Part shown: one piece after another, positions 1 through 8,060 of the stretch | How the letters are laid out: each line of letters begins with the position of its first letter | Position numbering within the stretch: the first letter of the stretch is position 1 | DNA from: Kiritimatiellia bacterium | GTDB lineage: Bacteria; Verrucomicrobiota; Kiritimatiellia; RFP12; UBA1067 | Assembly (NCBI GenBank): GCA_050949565.1 | Contig: JBMNFY010000017.1 | Span: 1,632,001 to 1,696,000 of the forward strand | DNA length: 64,000 bases | Reading direction: 5' to 3' | Program-made: the position numbers and the translations under genes | Notes under the pieces: generated by a model | Told to the model about the DNA's origin: nothing | The model's input: only the letters and a program-made list of their open reading frames with translations | The model's database searches: none

Positions 1-142
1 CAAGCATGGTGAAAATCCCTTCCTCTCGCCAATTCGTCATAAAGGTACCAAATTGCCGAATAGCCGTCAATTACCCCCAGAAAAAATTTTTGTGGTAAAC
101 GTTTGCTGCTTGGCGAGCGTTTAATAGAGCAAAGGAGATGCC

Positions 143-979
143 ATGACGATCATTGAACCGCACATCCACATGCTGTCGCGCACCACGGACGAGTATCAGG
201 CCATGTACCGGGCTGGCATCCGCGCCTGCGTGGAGCCCTCGTTCTGGCTGGGCACGAACCGCCGTTACGCAGGGTCGTTCTTCGACTACTTCCGGCTGAT
301 TTTGGAGTTCGAGACCGTGCGCGCGGCGCGTTTCGGTATCGACCACTTCTGCGCGATCGCCATGAACCCCAAGGAGGCTGATGACCGCGGTCTGGCCGAC
401 GAGGTGATCGACGGCCTGGACGAATATCTCGACCATCCGCGCTGCGTGGCCATGGGTGAGGTCGGGCTCAACCTCAATACACCCAATGAGGAGTACGCGA
501 TGATCCGCCAGCTCCGCATGGCCGAGGAGCGTAAAATGCCGGTGATCCTGCACACGCCGCACGTGGACAAGCTGCGCGGCACGTTGCGCATTCTGGAGAT
601 CATCAAGGCTGAAGGGTTCACGGTCGAGCGTATCGACGTTGACCACAACACCGAAGAGACGATCAAGCACACGCTGGACTCGGGGTGTTACGCCGGCATG
701 ACTGTTTATCCGTATTCCAAGCTCACCCCGCAGCGCGTTTCGGCCATGGTCAAGCAGTACGGCCATGAGCGCGTGATCGTCAACGGTTCGGCCGACTGGG
801 GCGTTTCCGACCCGCTTTCGCTCATCAAGGTGGTGGCGTACATGCGCGGCGACGGCCACAGCGATGAGGTGATTCGCGATTTGGTCTTCAATACGGCCAT
901 GCGTTTTTACAGCGCCTCGCCCAACTGGAACCCCAATCTGGACATCCAGCCGCTTGATCCCAGCACCTATCAGCGGTAA
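143..979 (+). CDS. TatD-family metal-dependent hydrolase (EboB-like)
   Basis: N-terminal xEPHIHMLSRTTDEY (HxH), AMGEVGL, ILHTPH and VDHNTEE amidohydrolase motifs; AAGGAG RBS upstream. Confidence 0.85.
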   Translation: MTIIEPHIHMLSRTTDEYQAMYRAGIRACVEPSFWLGTNRRYAGSFFDYFRLILEFETVRAARFGIDHFCAIAMNPKEADDRGLADEVIDGLDEYLDHPRCVAMGEVGLNLNTPNEEYAMIRQLRMAEERKMPVILHTPHVDKLRGTLRILEIIKAEGFTVERIDVDHNTEETIKHTLDSGCYAGMTVYPYSKLTPQRVSAMVKQYGHERVIVNGSADWGVSDPLSLIKVVAYMRGDGHSDEVIRDLVFNTAMRFYSASPNWNPNLDIQPLDPSTYQR

Positions 980-1038
980 AACGCCGAACGCTGAACGCCC
1001 AACGAAGGATGGAACTTGAAACCAGAAACCAGAAACCA
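980..1038. repeat. Heptamer tandem repeats (AACGCYS x3, GAAACCA x3)
   Basis: aacgccg-aacgctg-aacgccc-aacg and gaaacca x3 directly after the stop codon. Confidence 0.8.
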
Positions 1039-1041
1039 AAT

Positions 1042-1063
1042 GAAACGGGACGCATTCCCGTTT
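1042..1063 (+). terminator. Hairpin, possible terminator
   Basis: gaaacggga...tcccgtttc inverted repeat downstream of the TatD-like gene; weak U-tract. Confidence 0.4.
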
Positions 1064-1177
1064 CGCAATTGGCGCGAAGCTACGGTTGACTAGGGGGGCG
1101 GCGTTGGTTTAATATGTACCAATCTTCTCTAATTGCAGGAGAGTTTTTTAACCCGCATGAACAAGGGAGCAGTCCCC

Positions 1178-2164
1178 ATGATGGAGCAAGCAGGAGTGAT
1201 TCGGGCGAGAGTGTGTGTGTTGGCCGCTGTCTGGATGACGGCTGCCTATGCGCAGGAAGAGGCTCAGCCGGCCGCAGCCGATGAGCAGGCACCAGCCGCT
1301 GTGCAGCAGGAGGAATCCGCAAAAACTTTCATGCCGATGGTGCGTCTGGTTCAAGTTCGCGGTAAGTGCGAGGTGCTGAATCCTGACGTGGGCTCGTACG
1401 AGTCGGCCGTCGAAAACAAGGTGTACCCGCTGGGAACGCGTTTCCGTACCGGTCCGGACAGCTTGGCGACTTTGGTGTTTTCGCGGCAAGAGAGCGCGCA
1501 ACTCGCCAGCAGTACGGAGGTTTGCGTAGAAGCGCCTGACAAGCAGTCGGACAGCCGCGTGTTGCGGTTGATTGCCGGGACCGTCAAAACCAGTCTGCGT
1601 GAAAATCTGCCCGAGGGTAGTTTCAGCATCTGCACGCCCAACGCTGTCAGCAAAAATGTTGAGGGCCGTGGTGAATACACGCTGTTCACCGATGCGGTAA
1701 CGGAGACCCTGCAAATTGCCACCATCACGGGGGCGGCACGCATTGAGGGGCCCCAGTACCACATCCCCGCGTTGCGTGCGGCTAACACCGTCAACATCCA
1801 AACTTCCGTCGACCGCTCATTCAGCCGGTTGACCAGTGTGTCGGGCGATTTTGTGATTATTCTGAATAAAGGCGAGGAGGAGCCGGTTAATTACGGCATG
1901 TCGCCCAAGGCGGTTGTCAAAATCTGGCGCGAGAACGCGCCGGTGGGTGGGCGCCCGGTGATCGCTGCGCTCGTGATCAGCCCTACGGGTATCGCCAAGC
2001 ACCGCTTCGCGTATGCCGAAGGACGTTCGGGAGTCGCGACTGGCGAACTCGTCCAGCCGGGCGCGGAAGAGGATGAGGATCTGCCGGTTCTGCTTTCGAA
2101 AGACAGCGAGAAAGAGAAAAAGGAAGAAGAGGCGGAGAAGAACGAGGCCAGCACCGAACAATAA
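1178..2164 (+). CDS. Exported FecR-domain-like protein
   Basis: Signal peptide (AAYA-QEE); 'GTRFRTGPDSLATLVF...LRLIAGTV...FSICTPNA' matches the FecR beta-domain pattern; AAGGGAG RBS before ATG 1178. Confidence 0.7.
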   Translation: MMEQAGVIRARVCVLAAVWMTAAYAQEEAQPAAADEQAPAAVQQEESAKTFMPMVRLVQVRGKCEVLNPDVGSYESAVENKVYPLGTRFRTGPDSLATLVFSRQESAQLASSTEVCVEAPDKQSDSRVLRLIAGTVKTSLRENLPEGSFSICTPNAVSKNVEGRGEYTLFTDAVTETLQIATITGAARIEGPQYHIPALRAANTVNIQTSVDRSFSRLTSVSGDFVIILNKGEEEPVNYGMSPKAVVKIWRENAPVGGRPVIAALVISPTGIAKHRFAYAEGRSGVATGELVQPGAEEDEDLPVLLSKDSEKEKKEEEAEKNEASTEQ

Positions 2165-2187
2165 CTGACTCAGAAAAGGTTCTCGGA

Positions 2188-2219
2188 AAAACCGGCGGCC
2201 TGCGCAGCCTCCGGTTTTT
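2188..2219 (+). terminator. Rho-independent terminator
   Basis: aaaaccggcggc-tgcgca-gcctccggttttt stem-loop with U-tract. Confidence 0.6.
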
Positions 2220-2269
2220 CGCGTCAAAAGAGTGTTTGCGCGAGTGTTAATTCTTTTGGACTATTAGCT

Positions 2270-3940
2270 GTGTTTATTTACCACTTTAACCGACTCATCC
2301 GTAACCGCATCCTGTGGGGATTCTTTGCCATCATTATCGCAATAGCATTCGTGGCGGTTGATTCGTGTTTTCAGAGCCCACAGGACGCGCAGTCCGCCGG
2401 AATGATCAATGGCAAAAGAATTCCGTATGACCAGTTCGAACAGACGGTCCGGGCGATTCGTGGATTTGGGCGTGACCGTGACAACGAAACCCCCGTGAGC
2501 GTCGTGGACCGCCGCGCGTGGGAGCAGATCGCAGCCCGGCAGACCGCTGAGAAAAACGGCATGGGCGCAGTTGACGATGAGATCCGTAGCGTATTGCGCG
2601 AAGTGCCCGGTTTCCAAGGGCCTAATGGGTTCGACATCAACCGTTACCGCATGATGCTCGCCGAACAAGGCCTCACGCCCGCAATGCACGAAAGCCTGGT
2701 CGCGCATCAGCTCGCGCTGATGAAAAGTGCCGCGCTCGTGGATTCGGCCTCTTGGGTCTCCCCGATGGAACTGAACGATGAACTCGCCGCCATGACGGAC
2801 CGCTTCACGGTGCAGACAGTCACGATCAGTAACCGCTTTGCCCAGACAGAGATGCGCCTCAGCGAAGAGGACCTGCGCAAGTTCTACGAGGAGAACAAGG
2901 ACTCGTTCGCCCTCCCCGACCGCGTTGCCGTGCGTTACATCGCGATTCCGGTCTCGAACTATCTGGCGCATGTCTCGGTGCCCGAGGATGACCTGCTGGA
3001 GTATTACGATAGCCATGCGGACACCTACACCCGCACAACTACCAACAACACGACGGAACCGATCCCTTTCGCCGAGGTGCGTGACAAGATCTTGGCTGAG
3101 CTCCAGCTCGAAGAGGCCCGCTATTGCGCCTCCACGGCAGTCACCTTCACGATCTATGGCAAACTCGCTGATGCCGGCGACAACGCGATGGAGGTCGCGG
3201 CGAAGCAGGCCAAGGTCACGCTCAAGACCTCGCCGCTCTTCGCGGCCGACGAAACCCTGTACTGGGCTGAAAACAGCAAGGAATTCGCAGACGCCGCTTT
3301 TGAACTGGAGCCCGACCGTTCGGACTCGCGCTTTGGCATCGTCAAGGGTGACCAGTTCATCTATGTCATTGAGCGCAAGGATTTTTCAGCCGCTCACACG
3401 CCGGCATATGAAGACGTCCTCAACGATCTGCGGCCGCGCGCACAGGCCAAAGCCCGCAGTGATGCTTTCCAGGATTACGTGAAAGAGCTGCGCACGGAGT
3501 TGAGCACCCTGATGGAACAGGGCAAGAGCTTCGCTGACGCGGCCAAAGCCAAGACGCTTAACGTTTCCACCTCACTCACCTACTCGGTGAACGAGGTTCA
3601 GAACCAGAGCTTCCCCAACAGTTTCTCGATTGCCTATGGTGCCATGTCCCTCCAGAAGGGCGAACTGTCAGAGGCCATCCCGACATCGACCACGCAGTCG
3701 TTGCTGGTTTATGTGCAGGAGCGTCAGCCGGGCGATGCACTGGCCGCCGAGATGATGCGTGCTCAGGTGCGCGCGGGCATCGCGCGCCGCCGCTCGAGTA
3801 ATCTCTTCTCGGACTGGTTGACGTGGAATCTCGCGCAACAGGATTTCAATCCGGCCCGCCCACTCAGTGACGGCGACGGCGATGACGACGAGGACGACGG
3901 AGCCTTCACGGATCCAGATGCGCCTGCGGAGAAAGAATAG
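2270..3940 (+). CDS. PpiD/SurA N-terminal-domain periplasmic chaperone
   Basis: N-terminal TM anchor, 'INGKRI', 'FQGPNGFDINRYRMML', 'VPEDDLLEYYDSH', 'PFAEVRDKI' motifs typical of PpiD. Confidence 0.8.
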   Translation: MFIYHFNRLIRNRILWGFFAIIIAIAFVAVDSCFQSPQDAQSAGMINGKRIPYDQFEQTVRAIRGFGRDRDNETPVSVVDRRAWEQIAARQTAEKNGMGAVDDEIRSVLREVPGFQGPNGFDINRYRMMLAEQGLTPAMHESLVAHQLALMKSAALVDSASWVSPMELNDELAAMTDRFTVQTVTISNRFAQTEMRLSEEDLRKFYEENKDSFALPDRVAVRYIAIPVSNYLAHVSVPEDDLLEYYDSHADTYTRTTTNNTTEPIPFAEVRDKILAELQLEEARYCASTAVTFTIYGKLADAGDNAMEVAAKQAKVTLKTSPLFAADETLYWAENSKEFADAAFELEPDRSDSRFGIVKGDQFIYVIERKDFSAAHTPAYEDVLNDLRPRAQAKARSDAFQDYVKELRTELSTLMEQGKSFADAAKAKTLNVSTSLTYSVNEVQNQSFPNSFSIAYGAMSLQKGELSEAIPTSTTQSLLVYVQERQPGDALAAEMMRAQVRAGIARRRSSNLFSDWLTWNLAQQDFNPARPLSDGDGDDDEDDGAFTDPDAPAEKE

Positions 3941-3991
3941 GACGCGAGCGCAAAAACAGGTGTCTCGCGTCTCTCGTCGGCAGTGCCGGCG

Positions 3992-4152
3992 CGGCTCGCG
4001 GGGACGCTCGCCCTCCCGTCCTATGATCGGGCTCGCGGAGCACTGGGAGGGACGAGCGTCTGCTCGTCCGGCGACGTGAACGCCGCCCACAGAACTGGAC
4101 GCGAAAAATTTGGAGTGCGGCGGCAAGCGGTATTCCGCGCGACGCCGCTTTT
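3992..4152. repeat. Cluster of REP-like palindromes
   Basis: GGGAGGGACGAGCGTCTGCTCGTCC (4045-4069), an inverted relative (3992-4017) and GGAGTGCGGCGGCAAGCGGTATTCCGCGCGACGCCGCTTT (4112-4152); copies recur elsewhere in the window. Confidence 0.8.
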
Positions 4153-4943
4153 TAGCGCAGCCGGTCCAGCCGCAACCGCTCGCGGTTGTCGAACAGGCGG
4201 CGTGCGCAGAGTTGCACCGTCAATAGGCTGCCGAACCCCGCGCCGGTCGCGATCAGGTACATGATCATCATCTGATAGCGCACCGCCGCAAGGGGATCGC
4301 TGCCCGATAGAATCTGGCCGGTCATCATGCCCGGCAGACTCACGATGCCACAGACCGCCAGCGAGTTGATGATCGGCGTCATGGCGGTGCGCACGCTTTC
4401 GCGCCGCAGGTCGGCTACCGCCTCGGATGCAGACTGGCCCAGCGCCAGCCGGTTTTCGATCACGGCGCGTTGCTTCCAGGCATTCTGCGTCAACGTGTCC
4501 ATCCCCAAGGCGATGCCGGTCATGGTGTTGCCGAGAATCATGCCGAGCAGCGGGATCGCATATTGCGGCGACCACCAAGGCCGGACGCCCACCAGCGCCA
4601 CCAACGCGAACACGGTCACGGTGAAACCGGCGGTGAACAATCCCAGCGCGGCCAGTCCGACCGTCCAGCCCGCCACGAAGCGCCGGTGCTGCCGCCGTGT
4701 AACCTCCCAAGTGCCGGCCGCCAGCATCACCATCGAAAAACAGAAGGTCCAAAGCGGACGCGCATTTTGGAACACGCCTTTTAGGACCACACCTACCAGC
4801 GCAAGCTGTATGAAAGTCCGCACTGCACCGATCATCAACGCGCGGCTCAGCCCCAGACGCTGCCAGGCGAAGAACACGGCCAGTGCGGTCAGTGGCAATG
4901 CGGCCAGCAAGATATCGCTCCACGACAGCGCGATCACATCCAT
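4152..4943 (-). CDS. fetB: ABC transporter permease, UPF0014 (FetB/YbbM-like)
   Basis: 'RTFIQL', 'IPLLGMILGNTM', 'GIVSLPGMMTGQILSG..P..AVRYQ' family signature. Confidence 0.88.
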   Translation of the reverse strand: MDVIALSWSDILLAALPLTALAVFFAWQRLGLSRALMIGAVRTFIQLALVGVVLKGVFQNARPLWTFCFSMVMLAAGTWEVTRRQHRRFVAGWTVGLAALGLFTAGFTVTVFALVALVGVRPWWSPQYAIPLLGMILGNTMTGIALGMDTLTQNAWKQRAVIENRLALGQSASEAVADLRRESVRTAMTPIINSLAVCGIVSLPGMMTGQILSGSDPLAAVRYQMMIMYLIATGAGFGSLLTVQLCARRLFDNRERLRLDRLR

Positions 4944-5542
4944 GTATCCACCTCTTTCCACACACCGCCCGCCGCCATGCGGTAACCGCGCGACGCCACG
5001 CGCGTGAGCTGCTCGGGGTCATGCGTCACCCAGAGTGCCATCATACCGGTTGCGCAACGGCCCGCGACCAGTGCTTCAAGCGCCCGCGTGTGCGCCGCAT
5101 CAAGATGTGCCGTAGGCTCGTCCAGCAGCAATACCGCCGGTTGATTCATCAGCGAGCGCAACAGGCCGAGCCGCTGTTTCTCGCCACTGGAGAGACGCGC
5201 CACCGGCCATCCGAGTACCCCGGGCTCAAGTCCTAACGCACGCAAATCAGCATCTTCAGGAGCGTGAGAAAAGTGTTCGTCCACGCCGTCAAACCACCAC
5301 TGGCTCTCGGCGGGTACGTACGCCACGCGCCGCCGCCAATGGTTGGCGGGAATCGTGGCCGGCGCAACTCCTTGTAGCGCGATGGTTCCCTCCCAAGGAT
5401 CCATATCAGCCAAAGCACGCAACAGGCGCGTCTTGCCACAGCCGGACGGACCGCTCACGCCGACGATCTCGCCTTCGCGCATCGCAAACGTCACCGGCCC
5501 GAAACCGCCATACGATAGATCTTTTACCTCGAACGCTGTCAC
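4934..5542 (-). CDS. fetA: ABC transporter ATP-binding protein (FetA/YbbL-like)
   Basis: Walker A GPSGCGKT, LSSGEKQR signature, LLLDEPT, VTHD; overlaps fetB start. Confidence 0.88.
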   Translation of the reverse strand: MTAFEVKDLSYGGFGPVTFAMREGEIVGVSGPSGCGKTRLLRALADMDPWEGTIALQGVAPATIPANHWRRRVAYVPAESQWWFDGVDEHFSHAPEDADLRALGLEPGVLGWPVARLSSGEKQRLGLLRSLMNQPAVLLLDEPTAHLDAAHTRALEALVAGRCATGMMALWVTHDPEQLTRVASRGYRMAAGGVWKEVDTWM

Positions 5543-5679
5543 ACCACTTTCCCTTCACCCTTGGCCTTGAAGTGTATCACCCGGCGGGTGAACGCTCAAC
5601 TGCTCTTATTGCGACCACGCAGTGGCTCGCAATCTTGAGAGTAAAAGCGCTGCTCGGCTTTTCGCCGCGAAGCGATGGA

Positions 5680-6062
5680 GTAGGGCGGGGCGTCTCGAAC
5701 CGCCCCGCCGCACTTTGTCCCGCGCAAGTCCAATCACCCGTCTCGCGCAGCGCTGGGAGGGACGAGCGTCTGCTCGTCCTTTGCTCTATTCTTTTCAGCA
5801 TTGCGCAAGTCTGGCAAATGGATCCAGTGCGGCGGCAAGCGGTATTCCGCGCGACACCGCTTTTTGAGCATGAGTGTGGTGGCAGGACGGCGCGCAAAAG
5901 CGGTGCCGCGACCCGCGCACAGCGCGGTTCTTGTCACCGCATTCCAAAGGGTGCGCTTGAAAATAACGTCAAAGCCCCGAAGGGGCGGTTTCACCCTAGC
6001 CCAGGGCAAGCGAAGGCGCAGCCCTGGGTCGCGACGCCAACAGTCGCGTGGCCTGAAGGGCC
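5680..6062. repeat. Intergenic mosaic of REP/REPIN-like palindromes
   Basis: GTAGGGCGGGGCGTCTCGAACCGCCCC (5680), GGGAGGGACGAGCGTCTGCTCGTCC (5755), a CAGTGCGGCGGCAAGCGG...CACCGCATTCCA doublet (5825-5946) and GCCCCGAAGGGGC...CCCAGGGC..GCCCTGGG (5974-6062). Confidence 0.78.
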
Positions 6063-6115
6063 ACCTCAAAGAAACGACCGACAGCGGATTTAAAAGACAT
6101 CCAATGCCCCCCTCC

Positions 6116-6143
6116 AGGGTCACATATTCGAATATGTGACCCT
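6116..6143. repeat. Perfect 28-bp palindrome
   Basis: AGGGTCACATATTC|GAATATGTGACCCT. Confidence 0.9.
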
Positions 6144-6227
6144 CTGCCCGCCGCCCTTTTCACCAGCAACACATTGTCTTCGCACATCCCTGTCAATAAC
6201 CGACTACCGCGCTCCGCCCGTTAAACA

Positions 6228-6257
6228 TTGACCATTCGGCGGCTGTATCGGTATGCT
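6228..6257 (+). promoter_or_regulatory. Putative sigma70 promoter of argS
   Basis: TTGACC-18 bp-TATGCT about 40 bp upstream of the ATG. Confidence 0.45.
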
Positions 6258-6298
6258 GGACAGTTAATTCAACACGTTGTGAAAAGGTTGGTTTGGGC

Positions 6299-8029
6299 AT
6301 GCATGAGACAGTAAATAGGTGTGAAGAGATTTTAGCGGAGTGGCTGAGACAAGCGTTTCAGGCCGCGTTCGGTGAAGTGCAGGATTGGTCTGGCATCCGC
6401 GTTCAGCCTGCGACCGATGCGCGTTTCGGCGATTTCCAATGCAACGACGCCATGCAGGCGGCGAAGACGCTGCGCCGTCCGCCGCGCGCCGTGGCTGAGG
6501 CGGTGCTCGCCGCCCTGCCGTTGCCGCCGATGTTGACGCGCGCTGAAATCGCCGGCCCCGGTTTCATCAACCTGACGGTCGCGCCGGAATGGCTGGCCGA
6601 GCAGGTCGCCGTGCTCTCTGCCGCGCCGCGCTTCGGTATCCCGGACGCTGGACAGGGGCGCACCGTGGTCATCGATTACTCCAGCCCCAACGTGGCTAAG
6701 CCGATGCATATCGGTCATATCCGCTCGACCGTGATCGGCAATGCGCTCGACCGTCTCCACCGTGCTCTCGGTTACCGCGTGATCGCCGACAACCATCTGG
6801 GCGACTGGGGGACGCAGTTCGGCCTGTTGATTCAGGGCTACCGCACTTTCTTGACCGAGGCCGAACGCGAGGCCTTGACTATCGAAGCGCTTGAGCGCGT
6901 CTACGTGCAGAGCTACAACCGCTCCAAAGAGGATCCCGCCTGGCTTGAGAGCTGTAAGTCCGAGTTGGTTAAGTTGCAGCAGGGCGATGCAGAAAACCGC
7001 GCGATCTGGGAGCGCTTCATCGCCATCAGCCGCCGCGAGTTTGATCGCGTCTACGGACGGCTGGATGTGGCATTCGATCTCACGCGCGGCGAAAGCTACT
7101 ACAACGACATGCTGCCCGAAACCATCCAAGTGTTGCAGGACAAGGGTCTAGCCGTCGAAAGCGAAGGCGCGTTGGTGGTGAATCTGGAAGACGAAGGCAT
7201 GCCGGTCTGCATCGTGCGTAAAAGCGACGGCGGCTTTAACTATGCCGCCACCGACATCGCTACGGTGCGCAGCCGCGTCGCCGAGTTCGATCCCGACCGC
7301 ATTATCTACGTCACCGACGAACGGCAGCAGCTTCATTTCAGACAGTTCTTTGCGGTGTGCGCCAAGTTGGGCTATACCACGCATCTTGAACATGTTTGGT
7401 TCGGCCTCATGCGCCTGCCCGAAGGCACTTTCTCCACGCGCCAAGGCAACGTCATCAAGCTGGAGTCGCTACTGGACGAGGCGGAGCGCCGTGCGCTGGA
7501 GATCATCAAAGCCTCGAACAGCGAGATGCCGGAAGACGAGCAGAGGGAACTGGCCGTAGCGATTGGCATCGGTGCCATCAAATACACCGATCTTTCGCAT
7601 GATCCCCAGACCATGATCGTCTTCACGTGGGAGAAGGCCCTTGCGCTGGAAGGCAACTCGGGGCCTTATCTCCAATACGCCTACGCGCGCGTTTGCAGCC
7701 TGTTGGACAAATATGCCGAACAGGTGCCGGATCGCGACCCGCTCACCAACGCCCTGTTGCTGGACGAGCCGGTAGAAAAGGCGTTGGCGCTCCAGCTTAT
7801 GCGCTTCCCGGCCACCGTGCTACGCGCCGCTGAAGTCTGCAAACCTAGCGTACTGGCCGATTATCTCTTCAGCCTTTCGCAAACCTACAGCAGCTTCTAT
7901 CAGCGCTCGCCCGTGCTCAAGGCCGACGCGGCGGTGCGCGACAGCCGCATCCGCCTCTGCGCGATGGTCGCCCAAGTTCTGGCCGAGGGTCTCGGCCTGC
8001 TCGGCATCTGCACGCCGCGCAGGATTTAG
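6299..8029 (+). CDS. argS: Arginine--tRNA ligase
   Basis: FGDFQCN, IAGPGFIN, DYSSPNVAKPMHIGH (HIGH), NHLGDWGTQFG, GNSGPYLQYAYAR. Confidence 0.98.
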   Translation: MHETVNRCEEILAEWLRQAFQAAFGEVQDWSGIRVQPATDARFGDFQCNDAMQAAKTLRRPPRAVAEAVLAALPLPPMLTRAEIAGPGFINLTVAPEWLAEQVAVLSAAPRFGIPDAGQGRTVVIDYSSPNVAKPMHIGHIRSTVIGNALDRLHRALGYRVIADNHLGDWGTQFGLLIQGYRTFLTEAEREALTIEALERVYVQSYNRSKEDPAWLESCKSELVKLQQGDAENRAIWERFIAISRREFDRVYGRLDVAFDLTRGESYYNDMLPETIQVLQDKGLAVESEGALVVNLEDEGMPVCIVRKSDGGFNYAATDIATVRSRVAEFDPDRIIYVTDERQQLHFRQFFAVCAKLGYTTHLEHVWFGLMRLPEGTFSTRQGNVIKLESLLDEAERRALEIIKASNSEMPEDEQRELAVAIGIGAIKYTDLSHDPQTMIVFTWEKALALEGNSGPYLQYAYARVCSLLDKYAEQVPDRDPLTNALLLDEPVEKALALQLMRFPATVLRAAEVCKPSVLADYLFSLSQTYSSFYQRSPVLKADAAVRDSRIRLCAMVAQVLAEGLGLLGICTPRRI

Positions 8030-8060
8030 GAATTCCTAACTCCTAAATCCTAACTCCTCC
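8021..8060. repeat. TCCTAA(A/C) heptamer repeat overlapping both convergent stop codons
   Basis: aggatttaggaattcctaactcctaaatcctaactcct; same family at 49748-49830 and 58547-58590. Confidence 0.8.
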
